From: Octopus bimaculoides
Lineage: Eukaryota
Reading direction: 5' to 3'
Assembly: GCF_001194135.2 (NCBI RefSeq)
Contig: NC_068993.1
Span: 28,923,216 to 28,987,215 of the forward strand
DNA: 64,000 nt
The notes beneath the pieces are model-generated. The model saw only the letters and a list, made by a program, of their open reading frames with translations, had not been told where the DNA came from and searched no databases. Position numbers and translations under genes: made by a program. Position 1 is the stretch's first letter. Each line of letters opens with the position of its first letter. Positions 36,601 to 49,330 of this stretch are shown one piece after another.

Positions 36601-38690
36601 GATGTGTGAGGTGCTTTACAAGCACTTTGCTGATCAGAAAGGACCCGAGCAAGGGGGACGAGATTAGTAACTTCCGGCCCATAACTCTGCTAAATACAGA
36701 GTTAAAGATTTTGGCCAAGGTGTTAGCAAAAAGGTTGGTGCAGGTCATGGAAGACTTGTAGGGAGGGTGCAAGCTTGCACCATCCCAGGCAGGTCAATCC
36801 ACGACAATCTCCATCTTCTACGCTACACTTTAGAGAGGGCAGGGAACCTTTCTGGCGCAGGAGGGGCACTGGTATATTTAGACCAGTCTAAAATGTTTGA
36901 TAGAGTCGACCATCGGTACTTGGCGGCAGTCCTTGAGAAGGCTGACCTGGGCCCGACCTTCCATGGTTGGATTGCTGCTTTGTACAGCAACATTGAGTCT
37001 GCAGTCAAAGTGAATGGATACTTCTCGAAACTATTCTCTGCTTTTGTATGTACTGGCTCTTGAGCCATTGCTGTGGAAGTTGGAAGCACTAGGGGGCACA
37101 CCAAATGATCTGTGGTGTGGAGGTGGAGCTACGGTGTATGCAGATGATATTCCAATCATCATAGCAGATGAGAGCCAACTTCCAGCGGTGGAAGAGGCCA
37201 TCAAAAGTTACGAGGTGGTGGCAGAAGCAAAGGTTAACAAGGACAAGTCGGTTGGTTTGCAACTCGGCACCTGGAGAGGCAAGCAGATGACGTCCAATAA
37301 CTCCGTAGGGCGTTGGACGGAAGGTCCTGTTAAGCTGCTTGGGGTCTGGTTTGGACCAGACCTCCAGATAGAGAAAAATTAGAGTGAGGTAGCCAGTAAG
37401 ATCACTGCTCTAACCCAAACCTGGTCTGGGTGGGTGTTATCCTTGCTAGGGAAGGCAGAGGTGGTGCAGATGTTTATAGCATCTGTTATCACCTACCTTC
37501 TGACCATGGTGCCTTGCCCTGATTTGTGGCTGAACAAGTTGGAGAGTATCTTTTTCTGCTTTCTGTGGAAAGGAGGAAAGCCTCTTGTGAAGCTCTCTGT
37601 CTGCTGCCAGAAGCCACTAAAGGGTGGGCTAGGGATGCCTTGGCTGAGGATGCAAAAATTCGCGTTAAGGCTGAGACACCTCTGGCTTTACCTGGATGGA
37701 GAACAGGTGTGGTCACTGCACATCCGGTTCTACCTTAACATCCTTAATAGACATTGGTACATGGATCAAACAGAGACTTAGGCTGGGGGATTAGCAATTG
37801 GAGTGCCATCAGGCACTTCAGCTACTCTCTTGGGCAGGCAATGCCAGCAACAGAAGTTTCACCATGTATTTTTATAGCGGGTTAGTGGGATTCATGTCTG
37901 AAGACGCCTTGGTAGAGATCCTGGGCTATGATGAAAATCAGTTGATCAACCTGTTCAGAAGAATGTTCGGGCTGGGGTATCTGGATAATTACCAGAAATC
38001 CCTTGCTTAGCAGTGCTTCCTGTGGCATTACCGGTTCGTGATAAGCTGTCAAGGCATGGAAGTGCCATCTCGCTGACATGTCCGAGGTGCAGGCAGGACA
38101 GGGAGACCGTCTTGCACACATTCATGGAATGTCCGGAACTGAAAGTTTTCACAGAACAACTGTTGTCATCGATGGGAAGAGTACAGCTATCAGCTGAGTC
38201 CATCATTGAGATTGTGCTGCCTTCTTCCCTTAGTAGGAAAAGGAAGGCCTGTTTTTGCTGCATGGTAGCCATTTTAAAAGAAATGGCATGGAAGACACGT
38301 GTGAAAGGGATTGTGACGGGTACATTTGTATCCGGCCAAGGGTTGGTCAACTTTTTTAGTTACCACCTCAGCAGCAAGATCAGGCTAGAGAAGAGGTACC
38401 TGTCATGTGTGAAATTCGAGAAGAGATGGAAGCTTGTGGTAAGAAAGCTGGGAGTGATTGGCACCAAGTAAGTGGAGCCCTGGAAGAAAAGCAAAGGCCC
38501 TACCCTGATGTTGGACGCCTTTCCTTCGGTGTCACATTGCATAATGCAATTTATTTTATTTTATTTTTTAATTTTTCATATTTTTAATCGATTTATAATA
38601 ACGCTTTAAGCTACTTCACCATGCTATGTTTGTCTGTCTTTGTTTGTCCCTCTGTATTATGCCTGCAAGGCAAATTTATTGAAATAAAGT
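33614..38690 (+). mobile_element. L1/Tx1-clade LINE copy 3, near full length, with tandem 5'UTR monomers and a distinct ORF1
   Basis: ORF1 from 34046 (MLVEILKEKIPK..; degenerate knuckle CFECGKKGQENNC at 34743). ORF2 from 35448 (MASLNLGCLNVHDL, VLGDYN, FRPITLLNTELKILAKVLAKRL, DQSKMFDRVDH, VYADD, CPRCRQDRETVLHTFMEC). AATAAA near 38683. Confidence 0.92.
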
Positions 38691-38880
38691 AGCTTGCTTA
38701 CCAACCACATGGTCCCAGGTTCAGTCCCACAGCATGGCACCTTGGGCAAGTGTCTTCTACTATAGCCTTGGGCTGACCAAAGCCTTGTGAGTGGATTTGG
38801 TAGACGAAAACTGAAAGAAGCCTGTTGTATATATATATGTGTGTATGTGTGTGTGCGTATGTGTATATGTTTGTCTCCCC
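38687..38880 (+). mobile_element. 5'-truncated tRNA-derived SINE (family of 14503) fused to the L1 3' end
   Basis: AAGTAGCTTGCTTACCAACCACATGGTCCCAGGTTCAGTCCCAC.. Confidence 0.85.
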
Positions 38881-39229
38881 AAGGGTGTATTTACAGGTGT
38901 TTACACTGGAAAAAACACACTTTCAGCTATTTCAAATATCTGCCCCCTTACCTCATAATATCTGCAACTCTCACTTTATTCTTTTCACCCCATACATCCC
39001 ATTCTTTCCTTTATCCTTTTTATCCATTTGTCATTCACCTTCTATTTGTTTATATCTCCATTACTCCTTTAATTCTCTTTCTCTCTTCTTTCTCTTCTCT
39101 CATCTTATGACATCAAATTTCTTGACAGTATCTTAAAATTACTAGCATTCCCTAGTTTTTCATATATTATATATATTATAGTTTCTTACATCTGTAAAAA
39201 TGGCTTATTAAGAGCACTGTTGTTTATAA

Positions 39230-39320
39230 TCTCCTCCCTGATGAGATTGATAAATTATTTCACATTATTCTTCCTCTTGGATTTATTTTAATGTATCAAT
39301 CGAAACATATGTTGGTGATA
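39230..39320 (+). ncRNA. Type I hammerhead ribozyme, family E, intact catalytic core
   Basis: CUGAUGA (39238-44); helix II GAUUGAUA (39245-52) / UAUCAAUC (39294-301), a perfect 8 bp; GAA; palindromic helix III ACAUAUGU (39305-12); GUU^ site; helix I short and imperfect (CC/GG). Confidence 0.8.
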
Positions 39321-39516
39321 TGGTGATATAAATGATTTGAATAACATCTTGTGTGTTTGTCTCCATTTTCCATTACTCTTATGTTCTCCAAAACACATCT
39401 CACTTCTCCTTGGAATTATCCCCCATGCAAGTGTGGTTATTAATTTCTTATGCACTTATGTGACATTTGGCTACCCTGATAACTGTTCCTCTGGATCTTT
39501 CTTTATAAATTAAAAC

Positions 39517-39565
<49 letters not shown>

Positions 39566-40554
39566 GTCACTAGTATATGGAGGTTAGGAGTCATGTGGGG
39601 GCAGATGGTAGCCCTAGACTAGAATACCCACCACATGGCAAGCTGTCAAGCCTTCAGCCTCATTTCTGTTATCCTGCTTGACCTTACACAGGGTGTCCCA
39701 GTATTAACAATCCATTTCAATGAAATCAGGTAAATTAATTAAAGAAACCTGACAGAATATTATATTTATTTCTTAATTATGATNNNNNNNNNNNNNNNNN
39801 NNNNNNNNNNNNNNNNNNNNNNNNNNNNNNNNNNNNNNNNNNNNNNNNNNNNNNNNNNNNNNNNNNNNNNNNNNNNNNNNNNNNNNNNNNNNNNNNNNNN
39901 NNNNNNNNNNNNNNNNNNNNNNNNNNNNNNNNNNNNNNNNNNNNNNNNNNNNNNNNNNNNNNNNNNNNNNNNNNNNNNNNNNNNNNNNNNNNNNNNNNNN
40001 NNNNNNNNNNNNNNNNNNNNNNNNNNNNNNNNNNNNNNNNNNNNNNNNNNNNNNNNNNNNNNNNNNNNNNNNNNNNNNNNNNNNNNNNNNNNNNNNNNNN
40101 NNNNNNNNNNNNNNNNNNNNNNNNNNNNNNNNNNNNNNNNNNNNNNNNNNNNNNNNNNNNNNNNNNNNNNNNNNNNNNNNNNNNNNNNNNNNNNNNNNNN
40201 NNNNNNNNNNNNNNNNNNNNNNNNNNNNNNNNNNNNNNNNNNNNNNNNNNNNNNNNNNNNNNNNNNNNNNNNNNNNNNNNNNNNNNNNTATATATATATA
40301 TATATGTATATATATATAAAGAAAGAGAGAGAGAGAGTTTATGAGAGGTAATGGTGTCAATAAGACCCAAAGATGCCAGGTAATGCTGAGTAAGTGCTAT
40401 GGACAGACTATAGTTAAGCTCTAGGTTTGGTGATTATGCGAATGAGGAGTCCAATGTAGATCATATATCAGCATGTGTATATATAAAAAAAATTTCAGAA
40501 TGAGATAAAAAAAACCAAGGCTGTGAAAGATTTTAGAACATTTATAAATAGAAG

Positions 40555-40602
40555 ATTTTACAGCTGTTTCCAGGATATTTTATATATCCCTTCATCGAAA
40601 AC
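40555..40602 (-). ncRNA. Degenerate type I hammerhead, family B
   Basis: GUUU UCGAUGA A GGGAUAU AUAAA AUAUCCU G GAA ACAGCUGU A^ AAAUC. The core reads UCGAUGA instead of CUGAUGA. Confidence 0.55.
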
Positions 40603-40929
40603 GGTGTGAGAAAATGGTTAAGCAATAGTTATTTTAGATATCTTACATTACAAAAAGGCTAAATGTGTCTGTACATTCAGTATGTTAGTCAGCATGTTAC
40701 TTCAGTGTTCAATCCTTTTTTCTCTCACATACTCACTCTTTCTCTCTCTCTTATTATTACTCCCACTGTCACCATCAACACCACTAGTTTTAATAAAAAC
40801 ATCATCAACTCTCCCTAAATTACTTTGTCTCTCTTTCTCTCTCTCTCTTTCTCTCTCTCTCTTTTTCACTTTCTCTCTCTCTCAGTCTTTGCCACTGCCC
40901 TCACCGTCTCTATGCCTACTGTTACTCTC

Positions 40930-41220
40930 ATGGGTGAGTTTATGAGATTGTGAAAGTAGAAGGAGGGGATACCAGGAAGAGACATATTGTATGCAACAGG
41001 GACACCAGGAAGAGTCATATTGTATGCAACAAGAATATATTGTATGCAGAGGGAAGGGGGAAAAGTGTTGGGAAGATATGTGCAGGGAGGGAATCCAGTC
41101 AGAGAAACCATAGCAGAGTTTGGTGCAGTCGTCTGACTTGCCAGTTCCTGTCAAACTCTCCAGCCCATTGCTAGCATGGAAGATGGACATTAAATGATGA
41201 TGATGATGATGATGATGACG
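40930..41220 (+). mobile_element. RTE-tail-related element with a 33-bp tandem repeat (40966-41031)
   Basis: GGGA(T/C)ACCAGGAAGAG(A/T)CATATTGTATGCAACA twice; it ends in CCCATTGCTAGCATGGAAGATGGACATTAAATGATGATG. Confidence 0.7.
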
Positions 41221-41384
41221 ATGGCACACATTTACAGATATGCACACATGTAAATATTTACAGATATGCACACATGTAAATATATACAAAAACCATTTGC
41301 ATACATGCCTCTCCACTGTTAAGAAAAAAAAAATCGGTTGTCTTTAGTTACAGCCCTTAAATGACTTTATTTAAATTTGATTAA

Positions 41385-41845
41385 ATGTCCATTTTACATG
41401 CTAGCATGGGTTGGACGGTTTGACTGAGGACTGGCAAGCCAGTAGGCTCTACCAGATTCCAATCTGATCTGGCAAAGTTTCTACAGCTAGATGCCCTTCC
41501 TAAAACCAACCACTCTGAGAGTGTAGTGAGTGTTTTCAACATGCTACTGGCATGGAAGCTAGTCAGAGGGCATTGGTATTGACCACGTTCACACGGTGCT
41601 TTTTACATGCCGCCAGCACGGGGAGCCAGTCAGGCAGCACTAGCATCAACTCACATTCGAATGGTGCTTATTACATGTCAGGTGGCACTGGCCATGACTA
41701 TGATTTTGATTTCACTTGATTCAACAGATCTTCTCAAGCACATCATATTGCCCGACGCTTCAAGGGTACTGTTAAATAGGCTGGTTATGCAACACTGGCA
41801 TTGGCCATGGCTGCGATCTCACTTTTGCTTTCCGGGTCTTCTCTA
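41385..41845 (-). mobile_element. RTE 3'UTR (short subfamily)
   Basis: Matches 32335-32900. Confidence 0.85.
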
Positions 41846-42037
41846 ATTTTAAAATCTTGAGTAGTTTTGTGCTGCAGAACCTAAAATAAAGTGAAATGGA
41901 ACAATATATGGCTACTCCATTATTAATAAAAAAAAAAAAAACATGAAAAATATGTATCCTCTCTCCACTTTTCACTATCCAATAAGAATTTTCAACACAA
42001 AATGAGAAAAAAACAAACTTGGAACCAATTCTCTCCC

Positions 42038-42118
<81 letters not shown>

Positions 42119-42569
42119 TCTCTCTCTCTCTCTCTCTCTTATTCACTGCCATTATGTAGCAGCCTCCAGATAACAGAACACATACATGTATATAATTTCA
42201 TATTTATCCATGCATATACTCACACAAACAGACAGACATATATGCATGTTAACATATATAAAGTCTCATATGAAAATTTAAAAATTATTAGTTTCCCACT
42301 ATAATTTTTAAATATCTCAATATTTTATGGTCACAGCTCATCAATAATTTGTTTCTGTTATTTCATAAGCTAGTTTTTACTAGTAATATTTCTAGGGCTA
42401 CATATGAATCGGCATTCACATCTTTCAACCCGTATGGTTTCGCAGGGTTTAAAAATGTCCCAATCAAGCTTAAAATTGATATTCTTGGATTTACAATTCC
42501 ATATACATTCTGAACAGAATATTGTGTACTTTAATTTATGATTAGAAAATAAGTGTTTATGTGATGGGT

Positions 42570-43760
42570 ATCATCATCATCATCATTTAACATCCATTGT
42601 CTATGCTGGTATGGGTTTGATGGTTTGACCAGGGCTGGTAAGCTAAGGGACTGCACCAGATTCTAGTTTGATTTGGCATAGTTTCTATGGCTGGATGCTC
42701 TTCCTAACACTAACCACTCTGAGAGGGTAATGGATGCTTTAATGAGCCACCAGTATGGGTGCTACTTATGTGACACCAGCACTGGCCACATTGCTTCCAT
42801 GAGATCCATCACTCGAATGGTGCTATTTACATGCTACTGGCACAGGTGCCAGTTACATGACACCGGCATCAGCCACATTGCTTCCATGAGGCCCAATGCT
42901 CAAATGGTGTTTTTTACACGTCACCGGCACGTGTGTCAGTTACATGATGCCAGCATCAGCCATGACTACGATCTCACTTGGCTTGATGGGTCTTCTCAAG
43001 CATAGCATATTACCAAAGGTCTTGGTCATTAGTCATTTTCTCCATGAGGCCCAATGTTTGAAGATCATGCATCACCATCTCGTCCCATGTCTTCCTGGGT
43101 CTACCTCTACCACAGGTTCCCTCCACAGTTAGAGAGTGACACTTCTTTACAGAGCTGTCCTTGTCCATACACATCACATGACCATACCAATGCATTCACC
43201 TCTCTTACACACCACACCTGATGCCTCTTATGCCCAACTTTTCTCTCAAGACAGTCACACTCTGTCATACATGCACACTGACATTGCACATCTAGTGAAG
43301 CATACTATCTTTATTTCTTTCAAGCTTATGCATGTCCTCAGTGGCCACAGCCCATGTTTTATTGCCGTGTGGCATAGCTGTTCGCACATAGGCATCATTC
43401 AGTTTGCCTTTGACTCTGAGAGAGAGGCTCTTTATTGCCAACAGAGGTAGGAGCTCTCTAAACTTTGCCCAGCCTATTCTTATTCTTGCAGCTATATTCT
43501 TGGAGCATCCACCTCTGCTACTGACTTGGTCACCTAAATAACAAAAGCTATCAACTACCTCTAGCTTATCCCTCTGGCAGTTGATAAAGTCTATTTTCTG
43601 TACGTTTTCAATGTTTATTGTGCCTGTGCACCTTCCACACACAAAAATTATTTCCCCAGTTAATCTTCCTCTGATATTGATGCACCTCTTGTGTATCCAT
43701 AGCTTGCACCAGGTACATCTTATGGAGTTCCTACCTATGCCTTTTCTACAGATTGAGCAG
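42570..43760 (-). mobile_element. RTE LINE 3' end including the PHD finger and RT motif 7
   Basis: CSICRKGIGRNSIRCTWCKLWIHKRC..CGRC (43759-43628), then LEVVDSFCYLGDQ, HWYGHVM, GRGRPRKTWDE, 3'UTR and (CAT)n. Confidence 0.92.
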
Positions 43761-43920
43761 GGCTGTCTACGTGAAGGGATTTGTGATTTATCTGCTTTCC
43801 TACTTACTAAACTCTAAGAAATTAATGAAAAGCAATTAATGTTTTTTGAGTAGTAAGAATGACACTAATTCATCTGTTTAAATGTATAATTTTAGGAGTA
43901 AAAATTAGGGCTTTGTTTAA

Positions 43921-44520
43921 CCTTTAAACATTCAAATTGGTGAATCTGGCTGTAACTGGCCATAACAAGCTACTTTATGAAGTTACTAAAATAATAAACA
44001 AATCATATTATTGAATTCTCATAGCTAATGTGAAATAAAGCCTTTCCTGCCTAAACATGAGTATAAATACCATGAGATTTTTGAGACAACATTTTTTTTA
44101 GTTCTTTTCAATGTTCAAAGTGAAGTGTCTTTATTAGTATTTACCAATATAGCATCAGTAAGTAGTGATTATGGATGTGAAGGTTTTACACTTGATGATA
44201 TACAAAACGTAGAAGAGAACAACAGTGATTCATTTTTGGATGAATCTGATATACGTTTATGAATTTTCGTCAGATGAGGAAGAATATTTTGATAGTGAAA
44301 ATTAAGAAAACATTCAGGACATCATTCAAAACATTATAGCAACATGTCAAAAATTACATCACTAATTACAATTCCAGATTTCACAGAAAAGACTGGTCCA
44401 TAACACAATTTACCTTCTGATAGTCAACTCTTGGATTATCTTTCAAAACTATCACAGAGGAAACAAACAGATATGTCCAATGGATCATTTCTACTCATGG
44501 AAGACCCAATCAACTATGGC
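43921..44520 (+). mobile_element. piggyBac-like transposon 5' fragment
   Basis: TTAA|CCTTT at 43917-43925. Acidic N-terminus EGFTLDDI..SDSFLDESD..SSDEEE, then IPDFTEKTGP..LPSDSQLLDY..TEETNRY, typical of PGBD4-like transposases. Confidence 0.6.
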
Positions 44521-44964
44521 AGCCATAGTGGATTGTAGAATGTGTTGAATAAAATCATAATTAACTGATCCTCCTGTATTTTCTTTTATCTAAAGCCAGG
44601 AACTTTTCAGCATCCCCTCATAGATAGGTAAACAAACAGACACAGAAAGACAGACAGACACATATACACATACTTACATACATATATATATAGACTTAAC
44701 ATGATGCATAAAAAATTCAGAAACTGTTATGGCTTCCCATTATAGTTTTTAAATGTTAATATTTCGTGGTTGTAATTCACCAATGGTTTGTTTCTCTTAT
44801 TTAATAAGTGAAATTTTTGTCAGTAATATTTCAACTGCAATGTATGAACATAATTGGCACTCATGTCTTTCAATTCTATATTATTCTGCAGAGATTAAAA
44901 TCAAAACGTGTCAAAGGTCCTTCCCAATCATAAAACAGATTTCTCAGATTCTGTGGTGTATATA

Positions 44965-45140
44965 TTCTCCTATTAGACAGGATACCAGTCCATCGCATGA
45001 TTACTCAATTTTACCAGCTGAGTGGACTGGAACAACATAAAATGAAGTGTTTTGCTCAAGAACATAATGCATCACTTAGTCTAGGAATTGCAATTACAAT
45101 TTTACAATCACAAGTGTAAAACCCTAATCACTAAGCATTC
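44965..45140 (-). mobile_element. Degenerate SINE fragment
   Basis: CCAGCTGAGTGGACTGGAACAAC..TGAAGTGTTTTGCTCAAGAACA..CCCTAATCACTAAGC has a reverse tRNA-head layout. Confidence 0.5.
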
Positions 45141-45244
45141 AACTCTATAGGGCTTAAATACCCCAGTCAATTTTTAAAATGATATCTTTGGATTAAGATT
45201 CCATATGCATTCCAAAAGAGATGCTGAGCGTTTTAATTTAAAAT

Positions 45245-48200
45245 AAGCTGCTGCCTCCAAGAAGTAAGGTGGAGAAGAGGTTCCGCTAGGTTCCTCACAG
45301 ACAAAGAACACAGGTACAAGATTTTCTGGGCAGGAAACATAGATGGGGGTCAGGGGCGTGGGTATACTTCTTGCAGAGAAATGGGTGGATAAGGTAATCG
45401 AGGTAGTTAGAGTGTGCGATAGAATACTTAAGATTAGATTAGTCCTCCAATATAAGTTAGCAATCATTATCTCGACCTATGCCCCTTAGTCCGGGCTACC
45501 CGACGGACAGAAAGACCAATTTTATGACACCCTCCTGCAGACTACCTCATCGATGAATGACAGGGACCTTCTCTTTGTGACTGGTGACTTCAATGGTCAT
45601 GTTGGACAACATTCTGGGGGCTTCTATGGCGTACATGGAGGCTATGGCTTTGGTTCCCGCAATGAGGAGGGAACCAGGCTGCTGGAGTTCTGTGATGCAA
45701 ATGACCTTATGGTCTGCAATACTAACTACAGGAAACCTGCCAGTCACCTACCGTTCTGGCAGGCACACTAGCCAAATTGACTACATCCTCGCCAGGAAAA
45801 GGGAAAGATGGCTGCTTATAAATGCCAAAACATTCCCAGGCGAAGAATGTACCCCACAACATAGACTGGTAGTTAGTGNNNNNNNNNNNNNNNNNNNNNN
45901 NNNNNNNNNNNNNNNNNNNNNNNNNNNNNNNNNNNNNNNNNNNNNNNNNNNNNNNNNNNNNNNNNNNNNNNNNNNNNNNNNNNNNNNNNNNNNNNNNNNN
46001 NNNNNNNNNNNNNNNNNNNNNNNNNNNNNNNNNNNNNNNNNNNNNNNNNNNNNNNNNNNNNNNNNNNNNNNNNNNNNNNNNNNNNNNNNNNNNNNNNNNN
46101 NNNNNNNNNNNNNNNNNNNNNNNNNNNNNNNNNNNNNNNNNNNNNNNNNNNNNNNNNNNNNNNNNNNNNNNNNNNNNNNNNNNNNNNNNNNNNNNNNNNN
46201 NNNNNNNNNNNNNNNNNNNNNNNNNNNNNNNNNNNNNNNNNNNNNNNNNNNNNNNNNNNNNNNNNNNNNNNNNNNNNNNNNNNNNNNNNNNNNNNNNNNN
46301 NNNNNNNNNNNNNNNNNNNNNNNNNNNNNNNNNNNNNNNNNNNNNNNNNNNNNNNNNNNNNNNNNNNNNNNNNNNNNNNNNNNNNNNNNNNNNNNNNNNN
46401 NNNNNNNNNNNNNNNNNNNNNNNNNNNNNNNNNNNNNNNNNNNNNNNNNNNNNNNNNNNNNNNNNNNNNNNNNNNNNNNNNNNNNNNNNNNNNNNNNNNN
46501 NNNNNNNNNNNNNNNNNNNCGTGGGAGAGAAATGTGTTCGCATAGATGATGGTACGCTTGCACTAAATGAAGCTGCAAAGAAAGAGGTTTGGAGATGGCA
46601 CTACGAAAGATTGCTCAATAAAGAGAATGAATGGGAGAAAGAGAGTCTGCCGAATGTCGACCCAACAGAGGGACCAGCTATCCGAGTTGACAATACCATG
46701 GTAGATAAAGCAATTAAGAGTATGAAGACAGGGAAGGCCCCCGGCCCATCAGGAATCACTGCAGAGATGCTCAAAATATCTGGCAGTGTCGGCTATAGCC
46801 TAGTCACTCATATTGTTAACCAGGTGATACATGAAGGAGTCATACCCAATGACAAGTGTAGCAGCACCATAGTCAACTGCTACAAAGGTAAAGGTGACGC
46901 TTTAGATACAAATAATTACAGAGGTATCACTAATTGCTGAGTCACTATCAGAACTAGAGGAGAAGTTTCAGGTGTGGAAGCAAGGACTAGAATCGAAGGG
47001 CATTAGAGTCAACCTAGCTAAAACCAAAGTCCTAATACTCTTCAGGTAGATGGCCCTGCTCGATCTGTAGAAAAGGCGTAGGTAGAAACTCTATAAGATG
47101 CACCCAGTGCAAGCTATGGACACATAAGAGGTGCAGCAATATCAAAGGAAGGTTAACTAGGAAGTTAGTTTTCGTTTGTAGCAGATGTTCAGGAGCTATA
47201 AACNNNNNNNNNNNNNNNNNNNNNNNNNNNNNNNNNNNNNNNNNNNNNNNNNNNNNNNNNNNNNNNNNNNNNNNNNNNNNNNNNNNNNNNNNNNNNNNNN
47301 NNNNNNNNNNNNNNNNNNNNNNNNNNNNNNNNNNNNNNNNNNNNNNNNNNNNNNNNNNNNNNNNNNNNNNNNNNNNNNNNNNNNNNNNNNNNNNNNNNNN
47401 NNNNNNNNNNNNNNNNNNNNNNNNNNNNNNNNNNNNNNNNNNNNNNNNNNNNNNNNNNNNNNNNNNNNNNNNNNNNNNNNNNNNNNNNNNNNNNNNNNNN
47501 NNNNNNNNNNNNNNNNNNNNNNNNNNNNNNNNNNNNNNNNNNNNNNNNNNNNNNNNNNNNNNNNNNNNNNNNNNNNNNNNNNNNNNNNNNNNNNNNNNNN
47601 NNNNNNNNNNNNNNNNNNNNNNNNNNNNNNNNNNNNNNNNNNNNNNNNNNNNNNNNNNNNNNNNNNNNNNNNNNNNNNNNNNNNNNNNNNNNNNNNNNNN
47701 NNNNNNNNNNNNNNNNNNNNNNNNNNNNNNNNNNNNNNNNNNNNNNNNNNNNNNNNNNNNNNNNNNNNNNNNNNNNNNNNNNNNNNNNNNNNNNNNNNNN
47801 NNNNNNNNNNNNNNNNNNNNNNNNNNNNNNNNNNNNNNNNNNNNNNNNNNNNNNNNNNNNNNNNNNNNNNNNNNNNNNNNNNNNNNNNNNNNNNNNNNNN
47901 NNNNNNNNNNNNNNNNNNNNNNNNNNNNNNNNNNNNNNNNNNNNNNNNNNNNNNNNNNNNNNNNNNNNNNNNNNNNNNNNNNNNNNNNNNNNNNNNNNNN
48001 NNNNNNNNNNNNNNNNNNNNNNNNNNNNNNNNNNNNNNNNNNNNNNNNNNNNNNNNNNNNNNNNNNNNNNNNNNAGACATTCGAGCGAGATCGTTGCCAG
48101 TGCTGCCGAACTGGCTCCTGTGCAGGTGGCACATAAAATACACCATTTTGAACATGGCCGTTGCCAGTACCACCTGACTGGCCTTCGTGCCGGTGGCATG

Positions 48201-48380
48201 TAAAAGCACCCACTACACTCTCGGAGTGGTTGGCGTTAGGAAGGGCATCCAGCTGTAGAAACTCTGCCAAATCAGATTGGAGCCTGGTGTAGCCATCTGG
48301 TTCACCAGTCCTCAGTCAAATCGTCCAACCCATGCTAGCATGGAAAGTGGACATTAAACGACGACGACGATGATGATGAT
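45245..48380 (+). mobile_element. Relatively young RTE LINE spanning two gaps; RT core deleted at about 46933
   Basis: APE QEVRW..YKIFWAG, FVTGDFNGHVG, SQIDYIL. RT GKAPGPSGITAEMLK..NNYRGI is joined directly to IAESLSELEEKF..GIRVNLAKTKVL, so YADD is missing. PHD at 47057-47188; 3'UTR and tail at 48075-48380. Confidence 0.92.
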
Positions 48381-48529
48381 GACTAATGCAGATCATTTTG
48401 GGTAGTGATACTTCATCTAATTACATTTTGACTAAGGCAATATCCGTTAAGTGGACATTAATTAGTACATCTAAAATTAGTTATTTTCATCAGTATTATT
48501 TTTAATTTTAAGTTTGTATAACTATATGT

Positions 48530-49330
48530 ATGTTCCAATATGTAGGCAATAATTTTAGCTTTTTACCTAGGTAGCTCAAATTTTGCATAGTGGCAGATAC
48601 CAAATAAGAAATTGGTGCACATATGTACTTGAGGAACTTGGTTGACAGCCTTAGTAAACAAGTATCCTCGATATCTTCTGATGAAGATGCCTTTATGAGG
48701 GCAGCTGGATATTATGATGTGCTAAGAAATAGTGAGTCCTCTGATAAAATTAACTACATAAAAGCACTGAGAACACACAGCATAAAAATAAGATTAGGAA
48801 AAGGAATATTTTATGCTGCAACTCAGTATTTAATCAAACAATAAAAATATATATGTCTAGCAATTCCTTTATCAAATAGACTACCATTTCCTGCCAGGAC
48901 GTAAGTATAAAGTAAGATATTAAATAGGAATGATGTTAAGGTTGGTTATTCAGCTTTTGGTTCTTATAATGCTACAAAGCTGAATGAAAAAAAACAAAAA
49001 AACGATGCAAACAGCTGGCTAACATGCAACTTCAGAATTTATGAGAACTGCCTACTTGATGGTAATTGTTTGGCTAAGCTGATAATATATAGAACTAAAG
49101 TAGAAACAAATAACAGACATGAACCTAAATATATATATTGGGGCAACTGAATTGATATTTATAAATCAATTCTATATACCCAAACAATCATTTTTCAGCA
49201 TTATCATCTTGTTGAAATTTATATGATTCTTATGTGAGACAAGTTCTCATGAATTCAAAATTATCTGATCAATTTAGATAAGGCGCAACTATAAAGAAAT
49301 GTAGTATGTCTTTTGTTTCAAGGCAGTAAT
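48530..49330 (+). mobile_element. Highly degenerate PLE fragment (RT C-terminus + GIY-YIG start), same type as 22560-25275 and 58227-60785
   Basis: ISSDEDAFMRAAGYYDVLRNSE, IKIRLGKGIF, CNFRIYENCLLDGNCLAKLIIY..GATE. Confidence 0.65.

Noticed and set aside
45584-48270. Long ORFs of 200-400 aa in the ORF track (also 31330-32044, 33021-33744, 39773-40370)
   Set aside because: They are long only because they run through N gaps.
48678-48710. CTGATGA followed by a hairpin
   Set aside because: It is followed by GGAT rather than GAAA and lies in PLE coding sequence (SSDEDAF).
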